The notes under the pieces: model-generated
Told to the model about the DNA's origin: nothing
The model's database searches: none
Seen by the model: the letters and a program-made list of their open reading frames with translations, nothing else
In this document: in pieces, positions 1-12,275 of the stretch
How the letters are laid out: each line of letters begins with the position of its first letter
Position numbering within the stretch: position 1 is the stretch's first letter
NCBI RefSeq assembly: GCF_000143415.4
Contig: NW_003314262.1
Span: forward strand, 3,916,021-3,980,020
DNA: 64,000 bases
Direction: 5' to 3'
Source of the DNA: Selaginella moellendorffii
Lineage: Eukaryota; Plantae; Lycopodiophyta
Translations under genes and position numbers: made by a program

Positions 1-315
1 AACTTGGTATACATTAATTCAGCTCCATATGTTTTTTTCATCTAGTGGGTTGAAAAAAAATAGAAAGTAGAAATATTATCATTCCCTACTTTTAAAAAAT
101 ATGGCATTTTTAATGTAGATGTTAATGAAAGTACTTGCTAAGATATTTGTATGTCTTTAATTTGTTTAGCTTTGTAAGTTGTTTTTATAAATTCATGATG
201 CTCACTAGGGGAAACCTTTAGATTATTTACTAATTGGTTAAAAGGAAAAAAAAAGTGCACTAACTCCTTTCCATAAATATATATATTTATAATAAATAGA
301 AAAAAATACAACTTA

Positions 316-479
316 TGTGAGTGAAATGGAATATAGAAAATGTGCATATCAATTAACCCAAAAACCATAGCTTATATACAAGAGCAAGTGGTCCGAATTG
401 AAACCAATCCGAAGGCTACCAAAATCCCAGTATGCTAATATTAGTATATGGCATTGTAGCTATACACTTGGACCTTACA
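316..479 (-). repeat. 3' LTR of outer gypsy element
   Basis: Aligns to 12109-12275 (e.g. gcatatcaatta.cccaaaaacc, aattgaaaccaat, tatgctaatattagtata, cacttggacct). Confidence 0.85.
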
Positions 480-599
480 TCATCCAGTCCTCTCGGAATA
501 ATGGAAGACCATTAAGGTTCTCTTGTAGATGGCTAGAATTTGGAGGAACATAAGAGGAGGCATCAGTAAATTTATAGATGGTATTAATTGTTCTTGATC

Positions 600-3459
600 C
601 CTTTGTATGAAGTATTTCAACTGTTACACATGCACAATTTTTAGAGGATCGGTGTACTGGACGTCATGCCAAACCTCATAAACTTGTAGTCCAACTTGCC
701 ACAACACCCAATATGGTCATTTCCACTAAGCAAAAAGCCCCTTAGATAAACCACATACTATAAGATGGAAAAAACGGACTAACACCAAGTCATCCACTTT
801 ATACTTTGTAGGTGGATGATGATGACAATTGTAGCATTATTGTTGTCCCACTTGTATGTGGCCTAAGTGTTTGGCAAACTTTGTTCGGACAAGTGGAAGA
901 ATGCTCGTCAAATACTAATCCCACAACCTAGCATCAGTATCTCATGGCAATCACGAAGGTAAACCCAGCTCCATTGGTAATATTGGATCATGACCATATA
1001 AAAGTTTATATGGTGAAGCACCAGCAAAACTTTGCACCCCTGTGACATATGCATACCAAAGAGACGGCAAATAACTATCCCAATCCAAATGCTAAAAGTT
1101 TACGTACTTCGCGATCATTCATTTGAATGTTCAAACAATCCGTTCCACCAAACCGTCTGACTGTGGATGATAAGCACTCGTGAAAGTGTGCTATATCCCC
1201 AACTGAGACGTTAAAACATGAAATTCCTCAGCCATAAATGCGGGACCATTATCTGAAAGAATCCACTTCGGACAAGAATGCTAGAATACCACTCAATTAA
1301 GGAGGAAGTATCCAACAACAATTGCAAAGGCATTAGTAAGAGCACCAACTTCCACCCAATGAGTCAAATAATCAGAAGCAATAATAACATATTCATTGCC
1401 AGTAGTCGATTGTCGAAAAGGTCCCATAAGATCAAATGCCACTAACTCAAACGGATGGGAAATTGCAATTGACTCTAATCGTCCTTTTGTGGCATGAGGG
1501 GGAATATTACGAACTTGGCACCAAATGCAATTACGCATATACTGAATAACATTACGTTGCATCTCTGGCCAATAGAAAGACTTATATAGCTTCTCAATCA
1601 CACGATGATGTCCCATATGCCGGCCTAGGACAGGAGAATTATGGTAGGCATAGAGAAACCATGGAATAAAGATGGAATGCACCACTAGCCATAAAGGATT
1701 ATCAGAATCCGTCCCCACAAAATAAAAAAGGCCGTCTTTAAAGCGAAATAGAGAATGTAAATGCCGGAATGGCAAGTCATTAGCAAGTGATATAGGATTC
1801 TCAAACCCATCTCAAAGCCTTCGAATCCATGGCTCAATCTTTTGAGCCTCATGAACCTCATCAAGAGAAGGTAGATCTTGCTTTGCACCTTGTGGACACT
1901 GAACGTCAAGTACAGCAACTACTGATGGGACAGAATCCTCGTCTAGAAAATCCACAGATGTTGGAACAATAAGCTCGTCAGAAACATGAGAAGAGAGTGG
2001 AGAATGAAGAGGAGCTCGAGAAAGAGCATCAACATCAGCCATAGAACTCCCTAGGCGATGAACAACATCAAAATCAATATTTGAAGCTTCAAAGCCCACT
2101 GAGCAGTACGACAAACCAGGTTTTTTCACTTCAACAATGAAGTAATGGCAGCATGATCACCTTTAAGTAACATCCAAGAACCATGTAGATATATATGAAG
2201 TTTTTCAAAACCCCAGACTGCTACTAAACATTCTTTCTATGTCGTGGAGTAGTTCACCTCCGCTGATTGTAATGTACAGCTTATATATGCAATGGGATGG
2301 TGCTGATTAGGCACACTCGAGCTCTCTTGCACCAACACACCTCCAAGACCAATATTAGAAGTATCCACTCGCAAAATAAAAGGTCAAGTGTTGGTGAGCT
2401 TATTGCAGTTGAGTTGGATTCAAGTGGTTATTTGCCAAAATCAAAGGAGTTGTCAATAGCACTTTGAGATGCACGAATGCCCACTCACAATCCAGAGACA
2501 AAATGAAAGATGACGTTGATGACTTCAACAATGTTCGCAATGGTGCAGTACAATTAGAAAGATGATCCACAAAACAATTAAGATATTACACCTTGCCCAA
2601 GAAGAGCTGTACATTATTCATACACTTCAAAGTAGGGAATTTTAGAACAGTCATAAGTTTATTAGGATCAACTTGCAAACCCTCATGAAGAATATAGTAC
2701 CCAAGATAAATCGTGTCCTTGGATCTAAACACGCACTTCGACCGCTTCAGCTTTAACCAACATCTTGTAGCCAATCCAACACTTTACAAACATCATGAAC
2801 GTGCTCTTCCCACATCCCTTCCGAGTGGATCAAGATATCATCAATGAAGTCAATAGTCACTTCCGACATATCGCAAAGAACCTCATCCATCATTTGCTGA
2901 AAAGTTGCCGGAGTATTGTTCAAACGAAATGGCATCACCAAAAACTCGTACAAACCAAATGGTGTATGAAAAGTAGTCTTAAAAATATCTTCTTCAGCTA
3001 TCGGTATTTGCAAGTACCCAGAAGCAAAATCTAACTTGGTGAACCAACAACTTTACCAAACAATCCAAGAGGTCAGCAGTGTGAGAAAGAGGGTACATAT
3101 CCAAGATTGTCACTTTGTTTAATGGACAATAGTCGATGCAAAAATGAATACTCCCATCAAGTTCCATCACAAGATCAGGTTTACATATCCAAAGACTCCG
3201 CAACTTCCAAATAACACCCTTTTCCAACATTTCCTTAACGTTTGCATGTAAAATTTTGATTTCTTTAGATGACTGACAATGAATAAGAACCTTGATTGGA
3301 CAAGCATCCCCGGTTGGAATCGGATGACATGTAGCAATCCTAGCCCCAAACAATAGATCAAATTCAAAAAGATTAGAATACTCCTTCATGAGCTGGTCAA
3401 CCGCTGTAACATAAAGATTGTCGGAGGGATCGAAAAAGGGAAGAGCAGAACAAGATGGA
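600..3459 (-). pseudogene. pol remnant: reverse transcriptase, RNase H, integrase (frameshifted)
   Basis: RT: FCIDYCPLNKVT, KTTFHTPFGLYEFLVMPF, FIDDILIHS. RNase H: DTSNIGLGGVLVQ and DALSR. Integrase: H..H..CIWC zinc finger, PFELVAFDLMGP core. Confidence 0.92.
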
Positions 3460-6400
3460 TGTAAGCGACTAATTTTTCCATTTTACTTTAGTCACTTAAC
3501 TGCACCTCCGACCCCTCGAAGGAGTTTCATTCACAACCTCCATAAGTCTCAGTTAGGACTTGGGGCTTGCTAGCCCCGAGAATGGCAGCCATGCCACTCC
3601 ACCTTTGCACAGGCCCGACCACTAAGTCCCATGGTCCTCTGGGACTTCCTCCCCATGTGACTATGTCCTTGGTCACCACACCGAAGGGCTACTCCTCTTC
3701 CTTTCCACAGTCTGGGACTTTGGGACACTGTTTCGAAACACCGTGGCCCTACGTGGGCCTCATGGGTACTCTCCCCACCTTCCGCCTTTGGGTGCTCTAG
3801 CCATAGGCTTAGAGCGAGGTTCCGTTGAGTGACGCCTGGTATCCAAGTAAGTAGTGCCACCCACACTTGGACTGGGAGCATCGACCATTTGATTTCCCGA
3901 GGGAACTAGAGCCAGCTCTTCAACACTTCACCAAGCTACCCCACTTGTCGGTCCGTATTCACTCTAGTCTTGGACTTCCCAGTGGTCAGCTCATCACCCA
4001 ACACGGGGTATGGCCTTCCTGGGCCCAACTGGCCTTTCCTGGGCCAAACTGGCCTTTCCTGGCCAAATTGGCTCCACTGGGCTCCAACCCCCACACTCTC
4101 CCTACTATACTTTTGGAACCCCCTGCAGCCCCCCCCTGGGGGACGATCGCTTTGGGCTTTCACCCAACTGCCTGTATTAGTATTCGGACTCGGACTCGGG
4201 CTCGAACTCGGACTCGGACTCGGTCTTGGTCTCGGTCTCGGCCTCGGTCTTGGTTCCATCACGGACTCCATCTCGGACTCCATCTCGGACTCCATCTCGG
4301 GTCCATCTCGGACTCCATCTCGGGTCCATCTCGGACTCCATCTCGGACTCCATCTCGGGTCCATCTTGGACTCCATCTCGAACTCCATCTCGGGTCCATC
4401 TCGGACTCCATCTCGGACTCCATCTTGGACTCCATCTCGGGTCCGTCTCGGACTCAATCTCGGATCCATCTCGGGTCCACCTTGGACTCCACCTCGGACT
4501 CCTTCTTGGACTCCATCTCGGGTCCGTCTCGGACTCAATCTCGGATCCATCTGGGGTCCACCTCGGACTCCACCTCAGACTCCATCTCGGGTCTGTCTCG
4601 GACACTTCCACATGTCATGTGTTGGTCCTTTTGGGTCCCTTTTTGGAGCCTCGCTTATTGCTCACTTCGTGCTCATTCCTCGAGCACTTCGTTGGGACTT
4701 CCACTCCCACTCTCGACCTTTTCAAGTCGGAGCTTTTAGTCCAAACGTGTTATGCTCGTTTGGTTTTCGCTTTAGCCACCACCACATGGCACCCTTCCGG
4801 CTCCACTTTAGGGCCTAGGGATTTTGTGTCTCACAACTCCACCACCCATAGACGAAATTTGATGTCCTCATTGAACGGTAAACCCTTTTATAAAGTAACA
4901 CCGGCATGTGTTACCATTTCCATTCTTGGCACCTAGCCAATATCTGTCTATGGTTTGACACCAAAGGCTCACCATGCCTTGCCCATCCTCTAAGGAGCAT
5001 AGCCTCTCCAACTTAGAGGCTCATTTGACCACTTGTGGTGGTTCTCTCCTTTTATTAGTTTAGTTCTCACTAAACCTTTTAAAGACACCTTCTCTAACTC
5101 GATCCCACTACTCGTTCTCGAGTGGTCTCACTTTCCAAGGCTATAACCCTTGCACTTTGGAACTTTTAATTCTGATTTCTCAAAGTCAATTTCCTAGGTG
5201 TCTCCGACACCTTGCATTGCACATATTGTGCAACTCCACTTCTTCATCCTAGAAAGTTTTCTATTTGAGAGCACCATCATCCTTTGTTTGATTTCATGCC
5301 GCCTTTGGCACTGAGTTCCAATTATCATATTTTGTGCTAGGGCTGTCCACGGCCCTATCTTTTGGCTACTTTGCCGCTCCCTCACTTGGAGCTTTTACTT
5401 CGCCAAATTGGAGCACTTAGGAATCCATCATTGGAAGTCCACTTCCTTTCCCACAAACCATTAGCATCAAACACATTAGTGTTCCTTGGCTAACTTTGTC
5501 ATTTGGATCCTTTCCATTAAATTCCATGGCCTAAACTTGGCCACTAGTCCTTTGCTCCTATCCTTGATTGTTGCACCCAGCAACACAGGATCGCTACCTC
5601 CATTTTCGAGGTATCCCTTCGGTTCCATAGCAAAGACTCTTCTTTGCCAAGTCCGGAGGATGTTCACTCCTAAAACGTCTCTTTAGCATCTTCTGCTATG
5701 GGCTCTATCCACGGCCCAATTTCATGACCCTCCCATGGGTCTCTTATAGAGACTACTTTCTTCGGACTCACTATGCCATCGCACGGACACAATTTATTTC
5801 CCTTAGGTGCTCTTCCCATTTGATCACTTTGACCAAGCCACACCATCTTAAATAGTTCAAATCAACATTTTGAACCAGGAACTTCCTTCCTTAGCCAACC
5901 AAGGACCTTGTCCTTATTTGGCCATAAGATCACCTAGTGATTTCACCTTAGCACCTTAACAGAGTTGCTAAGAGGTACTTGGTCTTCTAGACCTTCAAGT
6001 TGTTGACCATAACCCCGGGGGCATCCCCCACATTTGGCGGTGCACCCAAGCCAGCCCTTATGGCCAAGGGTCCATAGCAACTAAGATTAGGTGTCCCCAT
6101 CTCACTCACCATGTCCTTGTTGCCACTTGCACCAAAGCGTTCAAGTTAAATATGCCGAGCTTTCACACTAAGCAATCTAACTGTGCATCACGACTCCGAG
6201 GCATCCCTTGCTTGGCAGTGTGCCCAAACCAGTCTCCCCACTGAGAGTCCATGACCACCGAAAAATGAGTGTCCTCATATTCCAAACCATCACCACGCCC
6301 TAGTGAGTTGGGACTCGAACCCAAGCACTAGAGGGTCGGGACTCAAACCCAACCTCCGTATATGCATCTACGGACGGCATCACACAAGATGCCTGGCGTG

Positions 6401-9400
6401 ACTCCCCACGCCGGTGCACCAACTTATATATAAAGCGCACTACAGATCACAGCTTAGGAATCTAGTTCCTCCATACTGCCAAGTCCTCTCACTTGACATG
6501 TCTGTGATCATGCATGGACTCCTCCATGCTTGGCCCCATGGGCCACCCTTTTGAAGTTGGCTCCTTCAACTAGGGTATTCGTTCCCCCCAACTTGCCAGT
6601 CTCACTTAGCAAGTCATCCAGCCACCGTAACATGGTTCATGCATAAGCGTGAAAGTTCTTAACCATCGACTTTCATTCAAAGCCCTCTCTTTAAACACTC
6701 GGGAATTACTTCCCCAATCTTGATAGCTTCGCCTCATGGCAAGCTTCAAGACCACGCTTCTGCTACACCACTCTGATTTCGTATGTTCTATGAACCATTT
6801 ACACTTGGCTGACTAGGTGCTTATCTACCTAGAGGAACGTTCAAGGAACTATGTTCCTTAGCTTGCTAAAGTCTCTCTTTTCACAAGCTTTCCAATTGCC
6901 ATATAGTCTAACATGGACAATCCCATGTTTTAAACTCTCCATGACATCACAATCGTTAGTAACAACATGCTTGAGCACCCACTTGATTCTCCACTCCCAA
7001 CTTGCATAACCACCCTTAGTCATACCTGTCTATTCCTATGGTTCGGTTCTATTTCTTTACTACTTGCCTTTTGGCCTTGTCCATTTCCTTTGGTCATTCT
7101 TCTCCAAACTAGGAAGATAGCTTTGCACTTTCTACCATGCCTTGGCAAGTATTCATAGGGATGAACCTACCCGACAGCCTAGGGAGTGGTTCCTCAATTT
7201 GGGTATACTCACCTTGTAATCCCACACACTGGGATTAGGGCCTTTATATGCCTATCACTAGCCTTGGAAAATCCCTTTTTGGCTTTGTCCAATTTGGGTA
7301 GACGGACTTCTTCCACCACAACCTTGGACATTTGGATAGCACCTCTTATCTTTCATTAGCTAGGGACTTTGTCCCTTGGGCATTATCCATTGCCCTCATG
7401 ACACCAAACACCACCTTCTGGTGTTCTAGAGTGTTTGGGTGTCCCAATGATGGCCTCTTTGGCAATGAGCATTCCCTTTATGACATTGACCTACTATTTC
7501 GTAGCATAAGCAATTTATCCCTTATAAGGGTATATCTAACTTCTTTATCCAAATAAGAAGTCTTAGGTAGTTGCGTTCTACCAGTTTAACGAATTATTTT
7601 GCACCTTTTGCTTAGTTGTCTTATAGTTGTCAAGTCCTACAACTCATTGCTGGTGCTTCCACACCTCCATCATTATCTGGGTCACCACACTTTAATTGCA
7701 CGCCTTCTAGCTTAGGCTATGCCATTCCCATTTCCATTGGGATTACTTTGGATGGGGTTCTCATGAACCCGCCAACTTGACCTCAAGGCAGCACGCTTTG
7801 GCACATGCGGTGTCTCCAGACCATCGGCTCCACGAGCCTACCTTTATGACACTTCTTACTTGTGTCTAGGTCTTTTTGCCATGACCAATATGGTTGCCTC
7901 TTATGCCAATTATCCATTAGCATTGCATCATAGAGTTCACGCACAACTTTGTGTCAAAGTTGTTTTCTTCCAGGAAACTCTTTCCCACGACTTTAGCATG
8001 GCACCTTCTGCCATCAATGAGATACACACTGTTCTCATGCTTGGATCTCAAGATCCTCCCCATCCTTCGTGGGGCACCACACACCTCAGTGCAAATGCTT
8101 CCATCAATCCCTTAGGATCATTCCTTGACTCTATTGGAGTCATTCAACTCTTTGGACTTTGTTAATTAGACAACCCATGGGGTCCTACTTTTGAGGTGTT
8201 AGCTCACTAGAATACAACTCCTTGTATTAATGTCCTACTCACAAGGACCATCTTTGCAAGTGTTACTCTGACACTTGATTTGTTCTCTAGGGGCAACCTT
8301 TTGCCCCTTATGACCACTTGTCCATGTGATGAGAATACCAACTCATCCTCTAAGTACACCCCCAACTCCTTGGGTTATTCCAGCATTTATTAGAGGTAGT
8401 GCTGGCTACCATTTCAAGGACTTGTGTCCTCTTCCGTATTTGACCTCCCACGGTTATTAATCCTGGTCTCACATTCATGAGCACCAACCTCAACTACATG
8501 AGGATAATCTTGTGACTCCTTTATTGTTTTGGAGTCTCTATCTTTCCCGTGATCCCAACTATAGTTGTTTACCACAACTATATTAGCCAGTTTGCTAAGT
8601 CAAATGCTCATCTGGATCACATCCTCAACTCAATGAGGAAAACCTTGCACTGTTCCCAAGATCCCAAAGTCTTTCCATTATTAGCCCTTTTCTATCCACC
8701 ACCTTGTCTACAAGTTCACACATGAACTGTAATGGAGAGCCATGTCTTCCCGACCTGCTACTCCTCAAGGATAGCCCCACTCCTCGGACCTACCGATGCC
8801 AACACCAGTGGTGATATACTTGAGCACCAATAAAAGTCAGACTAAGGAACAGCTCCGATACCAAATTGTAAGCAACTAATTTTTCCATTTTACTTTAGTC
8901 ACTTAACCACACCTCTGACCCCTCGAAGGAGTCTCATTCACAACCTCCATAAGTCCCAGTTAGGACTTGGGGCTTGCTAGCCCCGAGAATGGCATCTATG
9001 CCACTCCACCTTTGCACTTGGTCCAAGTGCTCCACGTGTCCGATCCCATGACCGACACCCCAAGGTACCATTGACATATCACCTTGTTACGCTAAGGCCA
9101 TGCCCCTTCACCTTGGTCACACCGATGGTCTAGCACCAATTGCAGCACAGTCCCGTCTCTCGAGGACTGGGCCATCCGTCCATGAGTGATCACTCTAGAT
9201 CCACTCCTTAGCATCCTTCAGACGCCTATAGATATGGGGAATAGCCTTCCCCAATATCTCCTTTCCGGTCCTCACCAAATCCCTTTTTGTCCATGGCCGT
9301 GCTCGCCAACACTGCCACTAGACCAAGGCCCACAGGCTCGACCACTAAGTCTCATGGTCCTCTGGGACTTTCTCCCCACGCGACTATGTCCTTGGTCACC

Positions 9401-9476
9401 ACACCAGAGGGCTACTCCTTTTCCTTTCTACAGTCTGGGACTTTGGGACACCGTTTCAGCCACACCGTGGCCCTAC
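3460..9476 (-). mobile_element. Nested LTR retrotransposon with long LTRs and decayed internal region; right end lost in the N gap
   Basis: LTR starts TGTAAGC at 3460 and again at 8867 with near identity. Left LTR ends CTCACA at 4835, followed by a PPT-like tract (minus TGGGTGGTGGAG). Met-type PBS (minus TGGTATCGGAGC) at about 8852-8863. No intact internal ORF. Confidence 0.82.
4183..4603. repeat. 12-bp (TCCATCTCGGAC)n and 6-bp (CTCGGA)n tandem array inside the LTR
   Basis: Directly visible; explains the overlapping low-complexity ORFs at 3867-4936. Confidence 0.95.
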
Positions 9477-9576
9477 NNNNNNNNNNNNNNNNNNNNNNNN
9501 NNNNNNNNNNNNNNNNNNNNNNNNNNNNNNNNNNNNNNNNNNNNNNNNNNNNNNNNNNNNNNNNNNNNNNNNNNNN

Positions 9577-10559
9577 ACGTTGTACCACTCGCAATGATTG
9601 CAACCCAAGCTTGAGATTGCTGTAAGGAACCAACTCCTCGAGGTGTCGTAGGCTAAAGGATTCCCCGAAAGCATGACCAAAATGACAAAGAGTCATCGAA
9701 TGGGACTAAGTCTGAGATCGAGTCCAAAACCGACTCTAAGACCGAGTTTGAGATAGAGTTCGGAATCGAGTCCGAGGCCGACTCGGAGACCGAGTTCGAG
9801 ACGGAGTCTGAGATCTGAGAATCGGGTCCGAGACCGAGTCCGAAGTCAAGTCCGAGATCGGGTCCGAGATTGAGTCCGAGATCGAGTCCGAGACCGAATC
9901 CGAAGTCGGGTCCGAGATCGAGTCCGAGACCGAGTCCAAGTACTAATACGGGTCAAGGGGTGAAAGCCCAAAGCGTGCGTGGGGGGGGGGGGGGGGGGGG
10001 GCTTCCGGGGGTTCCCAAAGTTTTGTAGGGATAGGGGGGTCTAGGAATTTTTTTTGAAGGAACTCTCTAGGGGGGCTTCTAAACTGACTTGGGGTTGAAA
10101 CTGGGGCCCAAAGGCCTTGGGTGGGAGTGAGCATAGACTCGGGTGGTGCCAGAGGGGCCAGCCAAGGAAGTGCTCAAGAGTAGCTCCCACTCGCGAAAGG
10201 GAAACCGATTGCGGTGCTCCCGGCTCATGCGGAGTGGTGCCCCACTTGAGTATTTTGTGGCTCATTGGTCCTTGCCCTTCCTAGGGGTTTGGGCCTTCCC
10301 TTCAGGATGGAAGTGGGGGGATAGAGGTACCCATACCGGGCCATTAGGCCATGGTGTTTCACCCCGGCGTCCCGAAGCAAGTGTTGCACCCAAGACTTGG
10401 GATTTAGAGGGTCCCATGATCAAGTCTTGTGATACCAAGGGATGTTAGGAATCTAGAAGCTTGGTGTGCTTGGCTACTTGTGCTTGTGGGGAGTGTAGCT
10501 GAACCTTAAGTCCAGTCTAACCCGGGGAGGGGGATTGGGAGAGATTTGGGAATCTGTGG
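9577..10559 (+). mobile_element. Diverged related LTR fragment in opposite orientation to 3460-4835
   Basis: GAGTCCGAGA repeats (9710-9940) and GGGTGAAAGCCCAAAGCG followed by poly-G are the reverse complement of motifs at 4130-4600. Confidence 0.7.
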
Positions 10560-11720
10560 ATGGATGGCTAACACTCCGTTGCTCGTGCAGTGAGTAGTTG
10601 AAACCAAGTAGGACCAAGTAGGAGCTGGTACCATAGGCGGGAACCTTGGTGAGGGAACTTAGCAAAAGCCAAGGCAGTGTTGGATGGATAGACGAGGTAA
10701 GTTGGCGAATTGGAAAGGAAAAATTTGTGGCTAACAATTGCCCACACACACAACTAGGTCTGCTCATCCCATGCACATGCATGTGTATGGTTGTTGCCAT
10801 AAAGAATGAAAACTACCTTCGCCGCACGACGCAAGTGTAGATAGCAACATGTGGCAACAGATCGAGTAATAAAAGATAAACTTGAACATGTATCAACAAA
10901 CACGGAGAGAATAATAAGAGACTGCTTGTTATAAAAATGAGCTTGGAAAGTAAACACTGGATGAACTGGCAGTAAGTGAATCATTTGATGATATCTCCCG
11001 AAAGAAAGATAGAGGGGTTGCGTAAGGTCCTCTATTACTCACGTGACTCCTTGTTTCCCGGATGCATCTTGGTGTCCAGACCTTTCACTGCAACAACACC
11101 AATAGGACGTTGTTGATGCTAAGGTCTCCACCCAGGAAATGGTGGCTGCCAATCTGGAAAACGCCGACAACGCCAATAAGTATGACTAACTTCATTACAC
11201 ACCCAGCAACGAACATCATGGCCACGGCCACGGCCTCGCCCTTGTCCTTGGATTTGAGCAGCAGCAGCATCAACCTCCATTGGAACAGGACTATCATCCA
11301 TAGGAAGTGGAGTTGAAGGATGTGTAGCGAGAAGTGGAAGAGGCATCTCATAATGTTGTGCCAAGTGAAGAGCATCATCAAGGGTGGTGGGAGCAAGTGC
11401 ATGCACAAGTCCAACAAGATTTTGACGAAGTGTTGGCCACAACATTCCTAGCTTGATCTGCTCCGACATATTTCTTGGAAAGCATCATCACAATCATCGG
11501 CATGTTCGAATGTGTGTTTAAAGACATCTAGAAGAACACTCCAATCCCCACGAGTGGCTACGCACAAACCATTATACCACTGCAACGCCGTCCCTTGGAG
11601 ACACGTGGGAAAATCACGCAAACATCAAGCATCATCCCAAGAATGATATATGGCAATCACCATGAAGTGATCAAACCAATGGTATACATCATCCCCAAGA
11701 TTCATGCATAAGAACTCTAG
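10560..11720 (-). pseudogene. gag and aspartic protease remnant of outer element
   Basis: VPMEVDA...RGRGRG..CWVCNEVSHTYWRC zinc knuckle (11119-11469); protease-like VFVDTCSSLSFI (10754-10984). Confidence 0.8.
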
Positions 11721-12091
11721 CCGAACATGAGGATTGGCACTAAGAGCAGGAAGAGTTATACCACATGTTGTGAATGTTGCCATTATCAACTAAGTTTGGT
11801 TATTCAATTACAATCACATAGTATCAAGCAATTGTACCAATTACTACTCCAAAGTCAAAGAAAGAGGAGATTGCTGATCTACCATAAAGATGAACGAAAA
11901 AGAAAGAGCAAAAGAAGAGAAATGAAAAAAAAGCTAAGAGATCTACATAATGCAAAAAGCTAGATCTAAACCAAAATCTTGAAAGAAAAGAACAAAAGAA
12001 AGAAAATGGAAAAAGTTAGATCTAGACGATGCAAAAGTTAAATATAAACCAAAATTTTAAATCCAAGCGCTCTCAGAGACAATAAAAGGTG

Positions 12092-12107
12092 CCCCTCACC
12101 TCCACCA
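12092..12107 (-). promoter_or_regulatory. Primer-binding site, tRNA-Ala type
   Basis: Minus strand reads TGGTGGAGGTGAGGGG, 1 nt from the 5' LTR. TGGTGGAG is complementary to the tRNA-Ala 3' end (CTCCA-CCA). Confidence 0.65.
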
Positions 12108-12108
12108 A

Positions 12109-12275
12109 TGTGAGTGTATGGAATATGAAAAGGGGATATAAAAAATATGCATATCAATTAGCCCAAAAACCTTATAAGAGTGAATAGTCTAAATTGAAAC
12201 CAATTCAATAGTTACCAAAATTTCACTATGCTAATATTAGTATACAACATTGTAGCCGTACACTTGGACCTCACA
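12109..12275 (-). repeat. 5' LTR of outer gypsy element
   Basis: TGTGAG...CTCACA perfect 6-bp terminal inverted repeat; homologous to 316-479. Confidence 0.85.

Larger units (their letters stand above)
316..12275 (-). mobile_element. Degenerate Ty3/gypsy LTR retrotransposon (outer element), interrupted by nested insertion(s) at about 3460-10559
   Basis: Two diverged ~165 bp LTRs (316-479, 12109-12275) start TGTGAG and end (C/T)ACA. CTTA flanks both ends. PBS-like TGGTGGAGGTG lies next to the right LTR on the minus strand. Minus-strand gag, PR, RT, RH and INT remnants are in gypsy order. Confidence 0.88.

Noticed and set aside
4183-4603. CRISPR-like appearance of regular repeats
   Set aside because: Contiguous tandem units without unique spacers, no cas genes, eukaryotic context.
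3867-4936. Five overlapping 144-290 aa ORFs on both strands
   Set aside because: Artefacts of a stop-free 12-bp tandem repeat within an LTR.
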